A DNA stretch of 64,000 nucleotides from Desulfatiglandales bacterium (GTDB lineage Bacteria > Desulfobacterota > DSM-4660 > Desulfatiglandales > Desulfatiglandaceae): contig OY762721.1 of NCBI GenBank assembly GCA_963666345.1, positions 3,840,001 to 3,904,000 of the forward strand, in the 5' to 3' direction. This document shows positions 60,853 to 64,000 of this stretch, piece after piece (the first letter of the stretch is position 1; the number at the start of each line of letters is the position of its first letter). A program made the translations under genes and the position numbers. The notes beneath the pieces are model-generated. The model was not told the DNA's origin, made no database searches, and saw nothing but the letters and a program-made list of their open reading frames with translations.

Positions 60853-62214
60853 ATGAGCGATAAGAAATTGAGAGTAGCTTACTATCTCAACCAGTTTTTT
60901 GGTCAGGAGGGGCGTGAGGAGAAGGCTGACATGAAGCTGATGCTCAAAGAAGGGTCGGTGGGCCCTGGCTTGGCTCTTCAGAATGCTTTGGGGGGAGAGG
61001 CAGAGGTGGTAGCCACCATAGTCGGCGGTGATAACTACGTGGCTACCCATACGGAGGATGCCTCAGCTGAAGTCCTCAGGCTTCTAAAACCCTACAAAAT
61101 CGATTTGTTCTTCGCGGGACCTGCATTTGAGGCAGGACGTTATGGTATAAGCTGCGGGGCCTTGTGTAAAGCAGTGGGAGAAGCGCTTGGGATTCCGGCA
61201 ATTACCGGAATGTATGAGGAAAATCCAGGAGTGGAACTCTACCGAAAGACCAGTTATGTCGTCAAGACAGGGAATTCGGCTATAAAAATGGCCGCAGATC
61301 TGGGGAGAATGGTGGCAATTGGAAGGAAGTTGCTAGGTGAGATAGATGCATCGAGGCTGCTTTCAGGGGAAACGATTGGGCAACCTTCGGAGGATGGGTA
61401 TTTCCCGCGTGGGTTGGTTAAAAATGAATATGTGGAAAAGACGGCTGCTGAACGCGGGGTAGATATGCTCCTAGCGAAACTGGGAAATCTGGACTTTGTC
61501 AGCGAGTTGCCGTTGCCCAAATTTGAAAGGATACCACCTCCGCCTCCGGTAATGGACATCACTTCCTGCGAGGTTGCTCTCGTGAGTGATGGTGGCCTGT
61601 GTCCGAAGGGGAATCCGAATGGCTTGAGCGGTCGGGGAAACAAGATTTGGTGCACCTACGAAATAGATAGCTTATTCTCGAAGGATGTTACTGAGATCGA
61701 GTGCGAAGTGGTACACACCGGATACTATCCGCTGGAGGTTATGGAGAATCCTTTCAGACTGGTACCTGTTGACGTTCTACGGGACCTCGAAAGGGAAGGA
61801 GTTATAGGAAAACTGCACCCAACCTACTTCTGTACCTCCGGCAATGCTACGATCGCAAAGGTGTGTAAGGACATGGGCGATGAGATAGCTACTGAACTCC
61901 TTAACAGAGGTATTCAGGCTGTCATCCTTACGTCAACATGAGGTTCAAGCACTCGTTGCGGGTCAACGATTGCCTCAGCCATAGAAAAAATAGGCATTCC
62001 TGTTGTACAGATTACCGCGGTACCACCAGTGGCTAAAATGGTGGGAGTTAATCGCGCTCTCCGGGGGCAAAAGGTTACCAATGTATTGGGCGATAGTAAT
62101 TTACCTCCGGATAAGGAGAAAGAGCTAAGGCGACGTTACATCAATCGTTCCCTTGAAATCCTGCAATTAAATGTAAAAGAACCACAAATGTTCACGTTGG
62201 ACGGAATAGAATAG
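60853..62214 (+). CDS. Reductase component B selenoprotein (GrdB/GrdF/GrdH family; Sec at TGA 61939-61941)
   Basis: YLNQFFGQ.G.EEKAD, AGPAFEAGRYG, ILTST-U-GSSTRCG continuing in frame to 62214. Confidence 0.92.
61939..61977 (+). promoter_or_regulatory. Bacterial SECIS element
   Basis: Stem gcactcgttg/caacgattgc (1 mismatch) with a G-containing CGGGT loop 17 nt after UGA; TGAG also pairs with CTCA. Confidence 0.75.
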
Positions 62215-62255
62215 AATAAATTCCGAAGGCAATTTGCCAAGGAGAGGAGCGATAT

Positions 62256-62579
62256 ATGGCAAACGAAATAACTGGCGAAAAGTTCGATGAACAAGTTGTT
62301 CAGTCTGAACGGCCTGTACTTGTTGATTTTTGGGGGCCCCTGTGTGGTCCCTGCTTGGCTATGATGCCAGCAGTGGAGGAACTAGAGCGTAAGTACGCTG
62401 ATAAAATCAAGCTCGTCAAAATAGATGCGTCCCGGAACAAGAGATTCTGTTTAACTCTAAAGGTTTTAGGCCTTCCCACCTATCTATTTTATAAAGATGG
62501 CAAAGAGGTGGGTCGTCTTACCGGAGAACATGCTGCCATTGACAACATCGAAGCTACATTGAAGAAGATGATTGGGTAG
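62256..62579 (+). CDS. trxA: Thioredoxin (reductase-associated)
   Basis: VDFWGPLCGPC, GLPT. Confidence 0.88.
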   Translation: MANEITGEKFDEQVVQSERPVLVDFWGPLCGPCLAMMPAVEELERKYADKIKLVKIDASRNKRFCLTLKVLGLPTYLFYKDGKEVGRLTGEHAAIDNIEATLKKMIG

Positions 62580-62602
62580 AATAAAGGAGTGAAAATATAG
62601 CA

Positions 62603-64000
62603 ATGACTGTAGTCATCAAAGAAGTTGCGTATGAGTTGATTTGTGTGCCTGATTTTGTACGGTACGGATCGAAACCCTTTAGGGATATCCCGGAAAAGAG
62701 GGAGTTGTTGCAGGAGATAACAGATCACCTTAGGAACTATGAAGATGTTGTAAACTACCCACCCCATCAGGTCTTCATAGGCAACAAAACTCCTGATGAA
62801 CTCGCTGAAATTCCCAAACCGTGGTACGAGAATCTGAGCAAGGATGGCACGCGACAAGGACCATTTGGGGAAATTATGCCAGAGGATGAATTCTACGGAT
62901 GGATGAAGATCGCTGACGACTTCGATTTGATCTGGTTAGAGGCCGAGTTTGTCGATCAGATTAGAGATACCTTTGCCGTTCACCCATATATCGGTGAAGC
63001 CCAGGTGAGAAAACTTGGAGAAGGGAAATCCTTTTACAAGATAGAGGAGATTATTGATAAGGGGGAAGCGGTGCCTTTGTATTTTCAAGGAAAAATGGTG
63101 GGCTCCCTGCGGCGTGACCATGCCAAAGATGACACATTGAAGCCCCTTGTGCTAATGGAAAATCTTATGGCGAGGGCTTCTGGCTCGCTGGCGATGCTTC
63201 ATCTATTAACTAGGGCAGCGATTTCGCCAACGGAGGTAGATTTTGTTTTAGATTGTACTGAAACGGCCATAGGTGACAGGTACAATAGAGGTGGAGGTAG
63301 TATGTCAAAGGCTATGGCCGAGATGGTGGGTTGCCTGAATGCCACTGGAAATGACATACGGGCTTTCTGTTGTGCTCCCAATCACGCAATCATCAACGCA
63401 GCAGGTCTTGTGGAGGCCGGTATCTTCGAAACCGTCGTGGTAGCCGGAGGTGGTTGTTTAGCCAAGGTTGGCATGAAGTATATGGGGCATCTAAAAAACA
63501 ACATGCCTATTCTCGAGGATGTTTTAGGTGCTATTGCTTTTCTGATAACCAAAGATGATGGATATAGCCCAGTGATTCGATTGGATTCAGTGGGAAAGCA
63601 CGATGTTGGTGCAGGATCACCACAGCAAGCTATCATGACCTCTCTCATCATCAAGCCCCTCGAGAAATTAGGCATGAAAATGACCGATATTGATAAGTAT
63701 TCCACTGAGCTCCACAACCCAGAAATAACAGTGCCCTCAGGCAGTGGAGATACCCCCGCTACTAACTACAAAATCATGGGTGCTCTTGCTGCCTTGAATA
63801 AACAAATTGATAAAACGGAAATTGAACAGTTTGTCAAAGAACGGGGTATGTTGGGGTTTTCTCCTACACAGGGCCATGTACCATCTTCGGTTCCATTTTT
63901 AGGGCATGCAATTCAGGCGATGAAGAGGGGTGAGATTAATAATGCAATGTTCATAGCCAAAGGTAGCCTATTTCTTGGCCGAATGTCTCAGTTGTCTGAT
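62603..64000 (+). CDS. grdC: Reductase component C beta subunit, partial (runs off the window)
   Basis: Manual translation MTVVIKEVAY...YPPHQVFIGN...GPFGEIMPEDEFYG...GDRYNRGGG...RAFCCAP...TELHNPEIT...PTQGH...SLFLGRM. Confidence 0.9.
   Translation, partial: MTVVIKEVAYELICVPDFVRYGSKPFRDIPEKRELLQEITDHLRNYEDVVNYPPHQVFIGNKTPDELAEIPKPWYENLSKDGTRQGPFGEIMPEDEFYGWMKIADDFDLIWLEAEFVDQIRDTFAVHPYIGEAQVRKLGEGKSFYKIEEIIDKGEAVPLYFQGKMVGSLRRDHAKDDTLKPLVLMENLMARASGSLAMLHLLTRAAISPTEVDFVLDCTETAIGDRYNRGGGSMSKAMAEMVGCLNATGNDIRAFCCAPNHAIINAAGLVEAGIFETVVVAGGGCLAKVGMKYMGHLKNNMPILEDVLGAIAFLITKDDGYSPVIRLDSVGKHDVGAGSPQQAIMTSLIIKPLEKLGMKMTDIDKYSTELHNPEITVPSGSGDTPATNYKIMGALAALNKQIDKTEIEQFVKERGMLGFSPTQGHVPSSVPFLGHAIQAMKRGEINNAMFIAKGSLFLGRMSQLSD

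Noticed and set aside
1..64000. CRISPR array or cas genes
   Set aside because: No regularly spaced short direct repeats or cas-like ORFs seen.

Overview
Bacterial chromosome segment whose gene content suggests an anaerobic Desulfobacterota (deltaproteobacterial) host; the taxon is inferred, not proven. Bases 1-31.2 kb are mostly core or metabolic genes: hom/alaC, an Fe-S protein cluster, a translationally coupled queuosine-salvage pair (DUF2419/Qng1-like hydrolase + tgt), tkt, copZ/copA, a PAS-LuxR regulator, a 2-oxoacid:ferredoxin oxidoreductase operon, a J-protein, def-fmt-DUF116-rsmB-rpe, a PpiC isomerase, a cold-shock protein and two tRNA-Ser genes. Two copies of a structured, circularly permuted ~290-bp intergenic repeat also lie here. 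An A+T-richer integrated element starts directly after tRNA-Ser(GCT). It carries a tyrosine integrase, a Xis-like protein, XRE and Cro HTH proteins, a tandem-wHTH Rep-like protein with iteron-like repeats and several decayed genes (WYL, FGE-sulfatase, ADP-ribosylglycohydrolase). An ~18-kb defence cluster follows: SNF2 helicase-DUF4391-Mod-Res (type III R-M), an OLD-family ATPase/TOPRIM nuclease, an uncharacterised 560-aa protein with a degenerate PLD-like N-terminus, and a sacsin-like GHKL ATPase/DUF3883 protein. The window ends in an IclR-associated glycine/sarcosine/betaine-reductase-type operon with two UGA-recoded selenoproteins. Its component B is atypical: no pyruvoyl-forming Cys, and UxxSxxC instead of UxxCxxC. 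Best novelty candidates are the OLD + PLD-like pair, the atypical selenium reductase, the queuine-salvage operon and the permuted repeat.
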